This document shows positions 14,209 to 28,036 of a stretch of DNA of 64,000 bases, piece after piece. Position numbers and translations under genes: made by a program. This stretch comes from Octopus vulgaris (lineage: Eukaryota), in assembly GCA_951406725.2 (NCBI GenBank), contig OX597817.1, forward strand, positions 109,678,001-109,742,000, written 5' to 3'. A model generated the notes under the pieces. The model saw only the letters and a list, made by a program, of their open reading frames with translations, made no database searches and was not told the origin of the DNA. Each line of letters starts with the position of its first letter. The first letter of the stretch is position 1.

Positions 14209-14822
14209 TGTACCTCTCGATGGCAAATACCCAAAGAGAGCTAATAATGCCGACGTTGACAAAGCCTTTACCCATTAATGGTTAGTGTTTTCTGGCTTAA
14301 AATCTGAAACAGATTATTATAGCAGCCCAAGATCAATGCCTACTTACAAGGAACTATTAAAAAAAGGCAGTAGCCCAACATGTCGTGTATGTAAACAACA
14401 AAATGAAACCATTGACCATGTTGCCTCCATGTGCTCTCTTCTTGCGCCTACAGAGTATCTCAACAGGCATGATAGAACAGCACAGTATATTCACTGGGTA
14501 ATTTGCAAAAACCTGGATCTGCACAATGATAAAAACTGGTGAGAACATAAACCACTTTCAGGAATGTTAGGGGCTGATTCCTACCTAGTTCAGATACCAG
14601 GAAACCCCAAAATAGCAGAAATTCAAAAGATAGTGCTCATGGGAGCTGCCCATATCCTACGTAAAATACTACCTATATAATCTCAAATTTTAAAACAAAC
14701 TTCTCTAAAACAACACTATGTGCAAGACCAAATAGGCGTAATACCAACTTGAAGTTCTAACTTTTTATCTCTTGAGGTCTCTGGGTGAGACTTGGAATCA
14801 AATTGTACAAATACAAAAGAAA
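14208..14822 (+). mobile_element. 3' fragment of an R4/Dong-like (RLE-type) non-LTR retrotransposon, decayed
   Basis: Translates as PLDGKYP...SGLKSET, the CCHC knuckle CRVCKQQNETIDHVASMC, the RHD motif, W*EHKP and EIQKIVLMGAAHILRK. Contains frameshifts and stops, and the PD-(D/E)xK nuclease core is absent. Confidence 0.85.
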
Positions 14823-14825
14823 ACT

Positions 14826-14975
14826 CTGTGGTAAGTAGCTTGTTTACCAACCACATGGTTCCGGGTTCAGTCCCACTGTATGGCACCTTGGGTAAGTGTC
14901 TTCTACTATAGCCTCGGGCCGACCAAAGCCTTGTGAGTGGATTTGGTAGATGGAAACTGAAAGAAGCCCGTCGTA

Positions 14976-15008
<33 letters not shown>

Positions 15009-15218
15009 GCGTGTGTGTGTTTGTGTGTCTGTGTTTGTCCCCCTAGCATTGCTTGACAACCGATGCTGGTGTGTTTATGTCCCCGTTACATAGCGGTTCA
15101 GCCAAAGAGACCGATAGAATAAGTACTGGGCTTACAAAAGAATAAGTCCCGGATCGAGTTGCTCGATTAAAGGCGGTGCTCCAGCATGGCCGCAGTCAAA
15201 TGACTAAAGCAGTAAAAG

Positions 15219-15219
<1 letters not shown>
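14826..15219 (+). mobile_element. SINE family B
   Basis: GGTTCAGTCCC B-box-like motif, ACCTTGGGTAAGTGTCTT, GACCAAAGCCTTGTGAGTGGATTTGGTAGA, internal (TA)n, and GCGGTGCTCCAGCATGGCCGCAGTC tail. Confidence 0.88.
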
Positions 15220-15260
<41 letters not shown>

Positions 15261-15264
15261 ATAA

Positions 15265-15480
15265 AATAGTAAATCCAAAATAATAAAAACACACAACAAC
15301 GTGAAGACGTGGTACATACACAGTATTAGCAGACGCTCAGGGAAGGAAAGAAAGGTAGCTTTTACGTTTCGAGCAAAGCTCTTCGTCAGAAACAGGAGAC
15401 GGAGGAAAGTTCAAGAGAAAAGAAAGACGGGGAAAAAACATCGCCAACGATTCACATGTGGTAACATTTTGAAATGACCG
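15265..15480 (-). mobile_element. Probable Penelope-like element terminal fragment carrying a hammerhead motif
   Basis: Contains CTGACGAAGAGCTTTGCTCGAAACGTA on the minus strand. Its 15400-15470 part recurs at about 53216-53288. The PLE assignment is inferred from the hammerhead. Confidence 0.55.
15358..15394 (-). ncRNA. Minimal type I hammerhead ribozyme motif (canonical core)
   Basis: Minus strand reads gttt-CUGACGA-a-GAGC-uuu-GCUC-GAAA-CG-UA-aaag. Stem II is 4 bp, stem III is the palindrome ACGU, the cleavage triplet is GUA, and stem I is only 3 bp. Confidence 0.6.
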
Positions 15481-15680
15481 GAAGGGAATGGGTGAAGAAA
15501 AAGTACTTTCTAAAGACAGAGGTGTGTAAGAGAATGAGGCTTCTGTATATATGTGTGAGTATCTACTTACGTGCAAGTATATGTGTGTGTGTAATACCAT
15601 ATGCGTGTGTGTTTTGTGTGTGTGTGTGTGTTGTTGTTGTTGGCTGTTTATATGTGTATGTGTGAGTGAACTTTATATAT

Positions 15681-15824
15681 AGGCGTAGCGTGGTTGTGTG
15701 GTAAGAAGCTTGCTTCCCAACCACATGCCGGCACCTTGGGTCAGTGTTTTCTATTATAGCCTCGGACCGAACAAAGCCTTGTGAGCGGATTTGGGAAACG
15801 GAAACTGAAAGAAGCCCTTCGTAG

Positions 15825-15859
<35 letters not shown>

Positions 15860-16074
15860 TGTATATGTATGTATATATGTTGTATGTATATTTGTGTATC
15901 TATATTTGTCCACCACCATCGCTTGACAGCCGAAACTTAGCGGTTCGGCAAAAGATATCGATAGAATAAGTAGCAGGCTTAAAATAATAAGTCTTGGGGT
16001 CTATTTGTTCGAATAAAATCGGTGCTCCAGCATGGCCGCAATCAAATGACTGAAACAAGTAAAAGAATAAAAGA
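15681..16074 (+). mobile_element. SINE family B
   Basis: Same head, core and tail as 14826. The internal repeat here is (TATG)n. Confidence 0.88.
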
Positions 16075-16079
16075 ACATG

Positions 16080-16168
<89 letters not shown>

Positions 16169-16617
16169 GACAAAATATCAGTGCCCCGACATACACACAC
16201 ATATTTTCACATATTCACGCGCTCATGCATGAACACACATGCATATATTATTATTATTATTATTATTATTAGATTAGATCTGGCAATGACTTGGAATTTT
16301 CACGGTTCAACAGACAGAGGAGAGTTTAGTGGAAAATAAATAATTATGAAAGAATATGAATAACAAAACTGAAATCAATAGTTAGTCGCTGTACATTTAA
16401 CACATTTCAGACCCATTCATGCACACACATATTCGTTTGAGTGTGTCCTTGTATGGATACAGATCGGCTGTAACAAATAGACAGACATACCGATGCACAT
16501 ATATTTTGTGTATATAATTACACATCTATAAAGACATACATGTTTATCATATATACTTCGTGGAAACATTCAATAACTGTATTATAAATACGTCTCATAA
16601 AATATATATTAACATAC

Positions 16618-17220
16618 AGGCGTAGGAGTGGCTGCGTGGTAAATAGCTTGCTTACCAAACTACATGCTTCCAGGTTCAGTCCCACTGCGTGGTACCTTGG
16701 GCAAGTGTCTTCTACTATAGCCTCGGGCCGACCAAAGCCTTCTGAATGGATTTGGTAGATAGAAACTGAATGAAGCCCGTCGTATATATTTATGTGTATA
16801 TATATTTCTTTACTGCCCACAGAGGGCTAAACATAGAGGGGACAAACAAGGACAGACAAAGGGATTAAGTCGATTACATCGACCCCAGTGCGTAACTGGT
16901 ACTTTATTTATCGACCCTGAAAGGATGAAAGGCAAAGTCGACCTCGGCGGAATTTGAACTCAGAACGTTACGGCGGACGAAATACGGCTACGCATTTCGC
17001 CCGGCGTGCTAACGTTTCTGCCAGCTCACCGCCTTTATATATGTGTATATATGTGTGTGTGTTTCTGTGTCTATGTTTTTTTCCTCCCAACATCGCTTGA
17101 GAACCGATACTGGTGTGTTTAGGTCCCCGTAAATTAGCGGTTCGGCAAAAGAAAAAGATAGAATAAGTACTAGCAGTCATATGACTGAAACAAGTAAAAG
17201 AGTAAAAGAGCAAAAGAGTA
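16618..17220 (+). mobile_element. SINE family B interrupted by a family A insertion
   Basis: 5' half at 16618-16800 and 3' half at 17034-17220. Confidence 0.85.
16804..17033 (-). mobile_element. SINE family A, full length, long-tail variant, nested in family B
   Basis: The reverse complement matches 1250-1469. An approximate TSD (TATGTGTATATAT) lies on both sides. Confidence 0.9.
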
Positions 17221-17266
17221 TATATTAACATACATTGGCTATTATATGTATGTACATACATAATAA

Positions 17267-17330
<64 letters not shown>

Positions 17331-17878
17331 GTGTGTGTATGTATGTGTATATATATATATACGCAATTACATATATACACTTATACGTGTGTGTGTATGT
17401 ATGTGACTGTGTGTTGCTGTGCTTGCGCTCGTGAACGTATGTGTATGCATGATAATGTCTGCTTCTCTTTTTTCTCATTTATTTTTGTTTTAGATAGCGG
17501 TGTCTAGAGTGTGAGATAGAAAACAACTGTCAGACAAAACAGCAACCAGATCGTAAACTTTCTGCAGCAAAATATGAAGTTGAAAGAACGGCATAAATGA
17601 AAGAAAATTATTAATCTCCAAAATGAGAAAGTGTAATTTCGTGATTAAGAAAGCAGTCGATATCTTTGTTTTGTTTTAATAAATCATCGATCAGGAACTT
17701 CATACTAATGTATACCAATCTTATTAGAATCATGTCCTAATTATCAGTAGAAAAGCATCTTAAAAATTCCTTTCCGACTGAAAGGATACATGACAATTTC
17801 TTATTGGACTGCAGTAATTATATTGATTCTCTGTCATTAATTTATGTCTCGTTCATTTGAAATAGTATATGATGATGA

Positions 17879-18060
<182 letters not shown>

Positions 18061-20635
18061 CTGTTAATGCGGGGATCGTTTATAAAATGCCCCAATTGCC
18101 TACGCAAAACATAGTCTCTAACAGTGAAGCCCAGCTCCTGTACTGCGCGGAAAAAAAACTATTTGGAGTTAGCAGGTGAAGGGAATGAAAAGGCGCGGGT
18201 CTGACGCTTTCGACAGCCAGTCCTCCATGTAGGTTGATCTCGTTTGCTTTGGATGGCAATCAAACTAGTAGGACCACCCTAACATCAAAATCAGGGGAGC
18301 ATGACCTGTTCCTACTTGGTCAGCAGACTTCCTAGAGATGGTGTCTCGATAAAAATATTGGTTGGTAGTGACCATAAAACGTACCTCCTTTATGAGAGAA
18401 AATATCAGGCAAAACAGCTAACGATAATGGCCAGAACGAGACTGGGGCCAATGGTGAAGACGTGCACCCGGCATGTGTCCCATTGTGCAGCGGGTTGGGC
18501 CTGGTCATAATCCAGCAACTGCTAGCCATGCTGCAGGACCAAAGTTGAGTAAACAAGTAAACGTGATGATTATGGAGCATGCCAGTAAAAGCAAATGGCG
18601 TGTTGTCAGAGGATACAGACAACGAATGCACAGAGAATAGGAGGCGCAACTGTTTGGAATTACTGAACTGATATTATGTGATCAGGCAAAAACAATATGA
18701 AAGATTGAGTGGTTATCAGAATTGCAGTTAGTAGATATCACAAGAAGGGTATGAGTTAATGTTGAGTATATGAGAAACGAAAGTAACATGATGAAAGAAA
18801 TGGACAATTGCTCACAAAATTATACTGGTGTGAGTAGTGAAATAACCGAAATCAGAGAACATTTAAGCGATGAAAATCAGATGATAATAAATAGTATTTT
18901 GGATCAATTAAATGCTGAAGAGAAAGAATTTATGAGTGGCTTCAAGAAGGCTGACCAATGGCGACTAAATCAAGAAGCAAGTAAAGTCAATAATGTATTG
19001 AAACCCATTGAAATAAAGAACATCTCACAAACAAATAAACTCATCAAGAATTCTGGTAAGACTGTTGCAAAAAGGATGGAATTGAAGATCAATGTGAACA
19101 GAACATTAACGGACAAAAAAGGCAATAAACAACCTTCGTGGTAAAGGAGAATATCAGAAGATATAAGCTATCTAATCAGAATAGTATCAGTACTTGACAG
19201 GTAAGGAAAAGGAGAATTGAAGAGTGATCGTAAAGTTGAAAACTTGAAAAAGTATAGTGTTGATACAAAAAGACTGAATGTTGTGACCGAAGAGCTGAAG
19301 CAGCGCATACTTACCAAGAAAGCAAAGCTAACAAAGTTTGAGCATCAGATTAAACAATGCCAGCAAACCCAATTGTATAGAATCGACCACAGAAGATTTT
19401 ATCAAGAAATTAATGCGGAAGATTAGTTCTTGAAGCAAATGGAAATCGATACTTGTGGGGTGAGATATGGAATAAAGCAGAGCAACACAATACTGTAGCT
19501 GAACAGCTCTACAGTCTGAAATTACAGCTAATTATACCCAGCTAGAAGCTATCCTCTTTACTGTGGACAGTAGCAGAAATATGAGCAAAAAGATGAGCAA
19601 TTGGAAAGCATCATGACTTGATAATGTACAGGTCGTGCCAGAAATTGATTGCAGAGCAATTTAATGCAATGAGTGACAAAGCAGAAGAGATCCCAGGGTG
19701 GTTGACCAAAGGACAAATGGTGTTGTGCTTGAAGGATGTATCGAAAGGGATTACAAGCCGGCAACTACAGGCCGATTCCATGCCTTCTATGATTGTGGAA
19801 GGTACTGTCAGGAGGGATTCCAGAAGAAATGTACAAATTTCTTAATAAAAATGATATTTTACCAATGAAACAAAGTTTGTAGGAGGAAATGCAGAGATAC
19901 TAAGGACAAAGTGGTAATGCAAGATTGTTAAGGGAAGAAGCACAAATTTTGGAATGGCCTGGATTGATTACCGCAAAACATACGATATGATTCCACATCC
20001 GCGGATCATTGACTGCTTAGAATTGCAAGAAATGTAAGATATTTTCTGAAGAGGGGTATGATGGGTTGTAAAACTGAGTCGACATCGTACAGACAAATAT
20101 TGAATATCCTGAGCATCATAATAGGGATCTTCCAAAGAGATGGATTATCGCCGTTTCTTTTTGTACTTTGCATCATTCCTCTGACTTTGGTGCTGAGGAA
20201 AGCGAACCATGGATATCAGTTCAAGGGGAAAACACGAAGAATCAACCATCTCCTCTTCATGAATGATATGAAGCTGTATGGCAAGGATGGGATACAAGTA
20301 GGTTACCTGGTGAACACGGTCCACTACATTGGTGCTGATGTTAAGATGGAATTCGGACACAAGGCGTGTAGTATAATGAGCCTGAAAAGAAGCAAAGTAC
20401 AATCCCTGTCAAGGATACAGTTACCAAATGGGGAAGTTTTGTAAACAAATGGAAAAGGAAGGGTATAAATACCTTGTCATACTAGAGTTCAATGAAATCA
20501 TGGAGAAGGAAATGAAAGAACAACTGCGAAAAGAATATTTCCGACGACTAAGAGTAGTGTTGCGCTCAAAACTGCCTGGATGGAATAAAATTCATGTAGC
20601 AAACACATAGGCAATAACATCATTTCAGTACGGAA
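18061..20635 (+). mobile_element. R4/Dong-like non-LTR retrotransposon relic (5' UTR, N-terminus and reverse transcriptase), 3' part missing
   Basis: Motifs RGYRQRMHRE, EELKQRILTKKAKL, IPGWLTKG, MAWIDYRKTYDMIPH, GIFQRDGLSPFLF, INHLLFMNDMKLY (decayed F/YxDD), YKYL and EYFRRLRVVLRSKL. Many stops and frameshifts. Confidence 0.88.
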
Positions 20636-21382
20636 CTGGAACCACAAACTGACAAAAGCAGCGTACGTGTGGGTGGGTGGTTGGTGCCGATGTGACACAG
20701 ACTGACTGCTGGCCAGATGAGACCAGCATGAATTTGTGGCTTCTGATGACACCTGAAGTCAAGACGAACGAAACTTTCCTGAGCTCTACCGCATTGCTGG
20801 TGTATGGAACAAAGCAACACATGGCAGTGCTGGGCAGAAAAGCTAGTTATTATGCACCTGGCAATATAAGTCACCTGAGCATTTTCTATCGACAACTCGT
20901 TGTTTAGGATTAGAAGAATTTTGAAATTTCTGTAGGAAAGATTTATCTTCTCTTCAAATGTAAATTATTCAATATATAAAATTAAAATATTAAACAAAAA
21001 CTCTTACACTTTGTACAAAGAAGCACAGCTGGTTCATGTAATTGTTGCTTATACTGCTGCTGCTGCTGCTGCTGCTACTTCTACTATTACTATTACTGCT
21101 ACTATTACTACTATTACTTTCTCTAAGAAGACGATGAATGCCAAGTAATGATACTCTTTCTAATTTTGGTGTCTTTCATAATGTGGTTTACAACGACCAA
21201 CAGATCGAATCTCTCTCTATCTCTATCTCACACTTCTCTTTCCCTATCTCTCTCTATGTGTATATGCATGTATGTTTGCATGTATGTATGCCTGTCTATT
21301 TCCATAAGATGTGTGCATATAGATCTGTACATCTCTATATACATACACACAAACACACACATACACGCACATACACACACAA

Positions 21383-21427
<45 letters not shown>

Positions 21428-21467
21428 CATATATGTGCCTGTGAATATAGATGGCTAGATAGATGGC

Positions 21468-21581
<114 letters not shown>

Positions 21582-23529
21582 TACACAAGCGTGGCTATGT
21601 AGTAAGAAGGTTTGCTTCCCAGCCGTATGAGTTCAGATGGTAAAGAGTCGGAAGAAATACCATTAAGCAATTAGTCCGGCCGTGCTAAGGATTCTGTAGC
21701 TCGCCGCTTTATCCATTGTTTCAAACTCTTTCAGTATTTCAAGGTACTTTTATAAGCCTATCTTAAAAGTACATTTTTTTTACTAGTCTTTTATTAAGCC
21801 CTTGTTTTATATATTCTGAATAATATAAAGATTTCTTTCACAAGACCCCAGTTACCGTGTCGGTTGAGAAAAATTGGGAATGCATATCATATATGATGTA
21901 TGGACATCAGCGAAATGTTTCCTGCACTTCATGTGATTCAGAGAATTAGTGAGGCATTAATATAAAAAAAATAAGCTTATGTAATAATGTATAATTAAAC
22001 ATTCCAAAATAGAACAACGTCTACAAGAAAAGCTACGAATTTTCCCCATGAGAAACCTCGGGAGTCTGAGGTACTTTAATTTGGCATCCTTAATAAATTT
22101 ATAACCGTGGTTTGTGTGAGAGTAGTTTTGCACCTGAACCACTACGCTATATTACTATTTAAAAAAAAAGAGTCTGAGAACTCTATTGATTCTTCTTGTC
22201 GTGTGTGAATTCTCTTCCATCATATTCCTAGCAATAAAATAAAATGTTGCTTTTATATTCAGACAGCTATTTTGACAGTATTGAAAAGTGTTATGACGGT
22301 TTGGGCTTTTTAATGGCCCTCTTTGCACTGTCATTTCACTCTATTTTTAAAATGGCTGCCATAAATCATTTAGTATTGGTATTTGGATTGTTTTAAACTA
22401 AGAAAGGATTAACTTTATGTATGTGTGTATATGTATGTATGTTTATGTATTGCATACACATTTATGTATCTATGTATATACTGGAATATGCGTGTATATA
22501 CATGTATATATATATATAGATATATATTGGTATGTATTTATTTATATACATATATATGCATATATCCATATATACAGACATATATATATATATATATATC
22601 TTGTTGTAAGTAAGCATATGTTCGAATACGCTTGCATGTGTATAATAAATCCTCATGAAATAATTTAAACTATTTTTTATGTTTCCACTACTGGTAAATG
22701 CCATTTGTTTGTCTTCTATAATAAAAATATGAAAATGTTGGCAATGAATGCAATTCACTAGGTCTATATACTGACATTTTGTTTTCCGTTCTTTCAGTAA
22801 TATGCTCATTAAATGTTTACTTTTATTTCTACCTTAACACACAAAGGAAAATTCGTCACCATTTTTGCAATACATAAAAATATTTTTATTGAAAAATAAC
22901 GAAGACACACTTATAGGAAACCAATAGTACAGCATTATATAAGCATTCCAGCTTATTGCATCTTGAAAACTTTTGTATGCAGGTTTCAATTTCAGTTGGC
23001 TTACGAGTGATTCATTCCTCTTCCACCGTTAATAAAAACTCCGGGTTAATCTTGATCACGTTGATCCATTGTAAGAGGTTTTTCAGTTTTAAGAGGCCAG
23101 TCTTTATCAGAAAAAGAAAAAAAATCAGAAATATCCAAGTGTTTTGTTTTCTATCACAATTTTTTTTTCCATTTTGGGGGACAGTTCGGTGTAATTTGAG
23201 GAACATCTGTCTTCAATTTCTAGCAGTATGAGTAGATGTTCCATTTTTATCTTGTCGTTGTAAGGTTTTCGATGGTTATTGTCATTTACTGGCTTTCAAC
23301 ATTCTAAAGTTTGTTATACCTTAATACTTCTTATGTAATAGCTTGAATAGAAATTTTGTTGTGAGTGTAATAGTATATTTTAGCTTTTGCAGTCATGTAA
23401 ATATATAAAGCTGTACGTACAGCTTTGAAAGATTGCTGCATTTTTCAGTACGTATATGTATATACATGTGTATATATGTGTCTTTGTGTGTGTGTGTCTA
23501 GTAATATATGTGCTTTGTGTATATATATA

Positions 23530-23590
23530 TGTGTGTGTGTGTGTGTCTGTGTGTGTGTTTGTGTGTGTCTGTCTGTGTGTGTCTGTGTGT

Positions 23591-23665
<75 letters not shown>

Positions 23666-23676
23666 TGTGTGTGTGT
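23530..23676. repeat. (TG)n microsatellite
   Basis: Directly visible. Confidence 0.97.
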
Positions 23677-24872
23677 ACATGCATGCGGGCATTCTCATAG
23701 TAACTTTTTAAGCGGCAATTTGTGAAAAAATATGTCCTCGTGTATAGGTTTTCTAGACCCTAATTCTTGGTTTGCTGTATTTCTGAGAGTGAAACTGATA
23801 AAGTGGGGTTTTGTAATACGCAAAATAGAATTTAATCTTTGCAGAGAAGTCGATTCCATATATCACTAGCTTTTATCATCTGCACATGTTAAAGAGAAAA
23901 TAGAAGCTTATGAAGATACAGAGTACTCAGGAAGCCGGAAATCAGACGGTGGAAGGGCATATATCCCATTTTCTATAAAGCCTAATGCATGGTGGAAAAA
24001 CATTTTTTATATCGGGTGAACTGCTCTCTTTTAGCAATCCTGCTAAAAGAATCGAATGGTTCGTAATGTTTAAATATATTATAACGGCCTGCCATAATTG
24101 TTTCTATATAACGGATGAGTGATGGAAAAAAAAAAAGGAAACTATTATTGTTGTACATTCAATTTGCACATCCCACGAATAAGAGGGGAAAGTGAACAGT
24201 TAATTAGAATATGTTATGAATTATTCATTTTATTTTTGATGGATATTGTTATTTTAGTTGATCAATTAACCTTTCAAACCTTTCTGGGGAAAAAAATGTT
24301 TTCATAATTTTAAAATAGCTCATGCAGTGAATTGATAATAACAGCATAATATATCATATGCGAAAATATACAGGTTACGGTCAGAATTTTGAATAATTAC
24401 CATTTCGAGTGTAACCTGTATATTTTTTCACTTGACATATCGTATTGCAGCTGAGATTTGACACATAATTTAAGCTGAAAAGAACTAAAACGAAGATTTT
24501 TTCGGAATTTTTTTTCTCTGCGAAATTTCCAGGGCACAATTTATGAAAATATACAGTCCAAACTAATTTCGGCTAACGGTTTTTATGAAAAACGAAACTG
24601 CGTTTCGGATATTTGAGCTGTTTAAGTATATACCCTACAGTAGAAAATCACCACAGATTTTTTTTAAAATGTAAAAAACATGGATAAAAAGTTCGGGACT
24701 TTGTTTAAGATATGTTGTCTTTTAAAACAAAACATTTTAATATATTTCGTTACTTTACTTGTTATAATAAAAATTATGCATACTTTATTCAGAGTTTAGG
24801 GTAAAATGTCACCATGTATTCTTTGTTGTCGTTAACATTATCAATTTTTAACATGAAAGTAAATTTAAGCAA

Positions 24873-24903
<31 letters not shown>

Positions 24904-25053
24904 AAGGAAAATGTCCCTTGCATTTAATTGTTTTTCATGAAAGGTCACAAAGACTGAAACCGGTACTAAAATGTTCTTCATGACAACATGATTTTAGCAT
25001 TTTCTACCTTGTCTTATTAACTCGTGTGTTCCTTTTCAACCTTCTACATATAT

Positions 25054-25274
<221 letters not shown>

Positions 25275-25962
25275 CTATGAAGCATTGTGTAGAATATATT
25301 GTATAAAGGATCGAGGGTAACGCCAAAAGAGTGCGAACATTGTGTTCAATATTGAATACAAGTCTATATTAATTCACGTATTTGTTTTCTTGTGATTTAC
25401 TTCTTCCCGAAATAGCTTAGTAACATCCTCATAATAGATTTTATAACACTTTTATCCCCCCCAGATACGTTTTGTTAGATCAGTCAACCTGTCTCTCTTT
25501 ACAACTATTTTTATTTTACCTTTCTTATTTGATTTAAGTGACTATTGCTTTAACCACGTACGCATCGGCTGCGATATTAAAATACATACATTGCAATTTA
25601 TTTTCATTTATTAGAAGTATTCCTCATAGCATTTTTCATTCGTCAGTTCTTGTTTGGTAAGCTACAAGATTTTTTTCTTTTATATTTCTTTAAAATAAAT
25701 ATCGAGTTGGAAAGTAATTCTTCACTTGTTAGAAATCTGAATGACGTATATCTTCTGTTCAATAAGGTAAGTTTGACGTTTCTAAAAATGAAATTAATTA
25801 TTATTCACGTTTTCTTTGCAATTTTGAATCTAATTCTCAACGATATATTTTGAAAGAGCCGAGAGTAATTAAATTCACAAATAGGATTTTTTTACCAACC
25901 TTGTGTAGTACTGAATTACTTAGTTAAATAAGTACTTGAGTTTACTCAGTGTAAAGTAATAC

Positions 25963-26348
25963 TGGTTTCAAATTTTGGAACAAGGCCAGCAATTTCAAGG
26001 GAGAGGTAAGTCGATTACATTGTCCCCAGTGTTTAACTGGTACTTATTTTATCGACCCCAAAAGATGTAAGGCAATGTTGATTCCGACGAAATTTGAACT
26101 CAGAATGCAATGACGTACGAAATGCAGCTAAACATTTTACCCCGCATGCTAGCTATTCTTTTCTACTCTAGGCACAAGGCTCGAAATTTTGGGGGAGGGG
26201 GCCAGTCGATTATATTGACCCCAGTACGCAACTGGTATTTAATTTATCGACCCCGAAAGGATGAAATGCAAAGTCGACCTCGGCGGAATTTGAACTCAGA
26301 ATGTAACGGCAGACGAAATACCGCTAACGTTTCTGCCAGCTCGCCGCC
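25963..26348 (-). mobile_element. Two adjacent family A SINEs (25963-26152 older; 26155-26348 younger, short tail)
   Basis: Both carry TTATCGACCCC.AAAG.ATG.AA...TTTGAACTCAGAA. The second ends in TTCTGCCAGCTCGCCGCC. Confidence 0.85.
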
Positions 26349-28036
26349 TTGGCGTAACGTAATACTAATATAAATATTATAAAATTTGAACCGAAATGAG
26401 AAGTTATTCGTCTGTTTCTCTTTCTCTGCAAATGCAGTCATCTAGCGTCCACGTCTATACTCTGTTAGCAGAGAACCCAATGCATAATTGTTTGCAGTGT
26501 TTAGTTCCTCACCTCTCTGTATCTAAATATCAGCAGGATCATCTACAATCTATTACAACTGCACCAAAATTTAATCTTACCTTGTAAAATAGTTTTCTGT
26601 TTATTCAAAATAAATCAATCGATATACACTATAAATATAGGACAGGAATGCAAAAGCCATCACAGCTATGAAAGCACTTCGTCTCCACATTGATGTCTCT
26701 AAAATTTCATTGTAGATTGTGCATTATTGACACCTGTGGATAAAAATTTGTAAACATTTACGCTTTGAATTTTTTTATGGCTTACAGCTGCCGATTAAAG
26801 TGAAGAAAATTATCATTAACGAATATTTTAAATCAATACATATAAATTCTAACTCTTAAATTGCTTTGGGGTTTGTCGTTGTCTAATTTGTAAGTTAATA
26901 AAAGTATGCTAAAGAAAAGAAATACTCATGGGTATCTCTAACTGCCAACACACTTAAATATTCACTAACACGTAGCAGTAAAATGTATGTTACACATAAC
27001 GATCGCTTTATCTTAGTGTGTTCTGGATTTCAAATTTTTATTTTATATTTTTGTTTAGTGCTTGGTAATATATTTAATTAGACTAACAAAAGTTTGTATG
27101 TAAAAGGGAAATTATTACGGAATATACGGAATGTTATTTAAGAAATATTCCAAGAAATAAAATAAGTGCAGGGTAGGGTTTATGTTAGTTTTCGAACGAA
27201 TATCTTTTACTCTTACTCAGGGGAACGCCCTATGATTGTAGGTCATGCAGCTGTACGAAAAATGTGAGTAAAAAGAGATGTAGGGGGTGCATTTATATCG
27301 ATGTATAACTGGACAAAGTGTTTTGAGCGGGATCTGGAGGAAAGGCACAGTAAGAGTGACAGGAGAAGAGGATACCAATGGTTTATTCAAGATATGAGAA
27401 GATACGTGAAGAGTCAGTTTAGAGAAACAGACGACATTATTTCAGGTTTAGGTAAAGCAAAGTTAATCGTATTGATGTTGTTGATTAGCTCCATATAAAC
27501 GGTGACGAAGAAAACTCTGTTTATGGTATCCAGGAATAATCTCAACTCTTTTTCCTGTCCCTTTTTTACCTCCCTCGAATCGTCAGATTCTCTTCTTTTT
27601 CTCTGTTTGGATATTAAACTTCATCGTACACACCTTTGTTACTTTTTTTGATTTGAGATTTTTGTTAACATGAAAGATATAAATACAAAAGTTTTGAGAT
27701 ATAGAGATAAATGGCTGATAATAGGTTTTAGAGTTTTGTCGTGGGGGTAAGGGTCTTAAATCACTTCCTAGTTTAGGCGGGGGAGGTTGAAATTTGATAT
27801 TGTTGTGATGAGTGGTCAGTCTACACCTATCCACCACTACAGGTTTATAGCTTTAAGTTTATAGTGTGTGTGTGCGTGCATATACACACGTACATACATA
27901 CATACATAAATACACACATGCGTACGTACGTACATACATACATGCATGCATACATGCGTGCATACATACATACACACATACATACGTACATATATATAAC
28001 GAACTAACTGTTACTTTTTCAGATGCAGCACGGATT

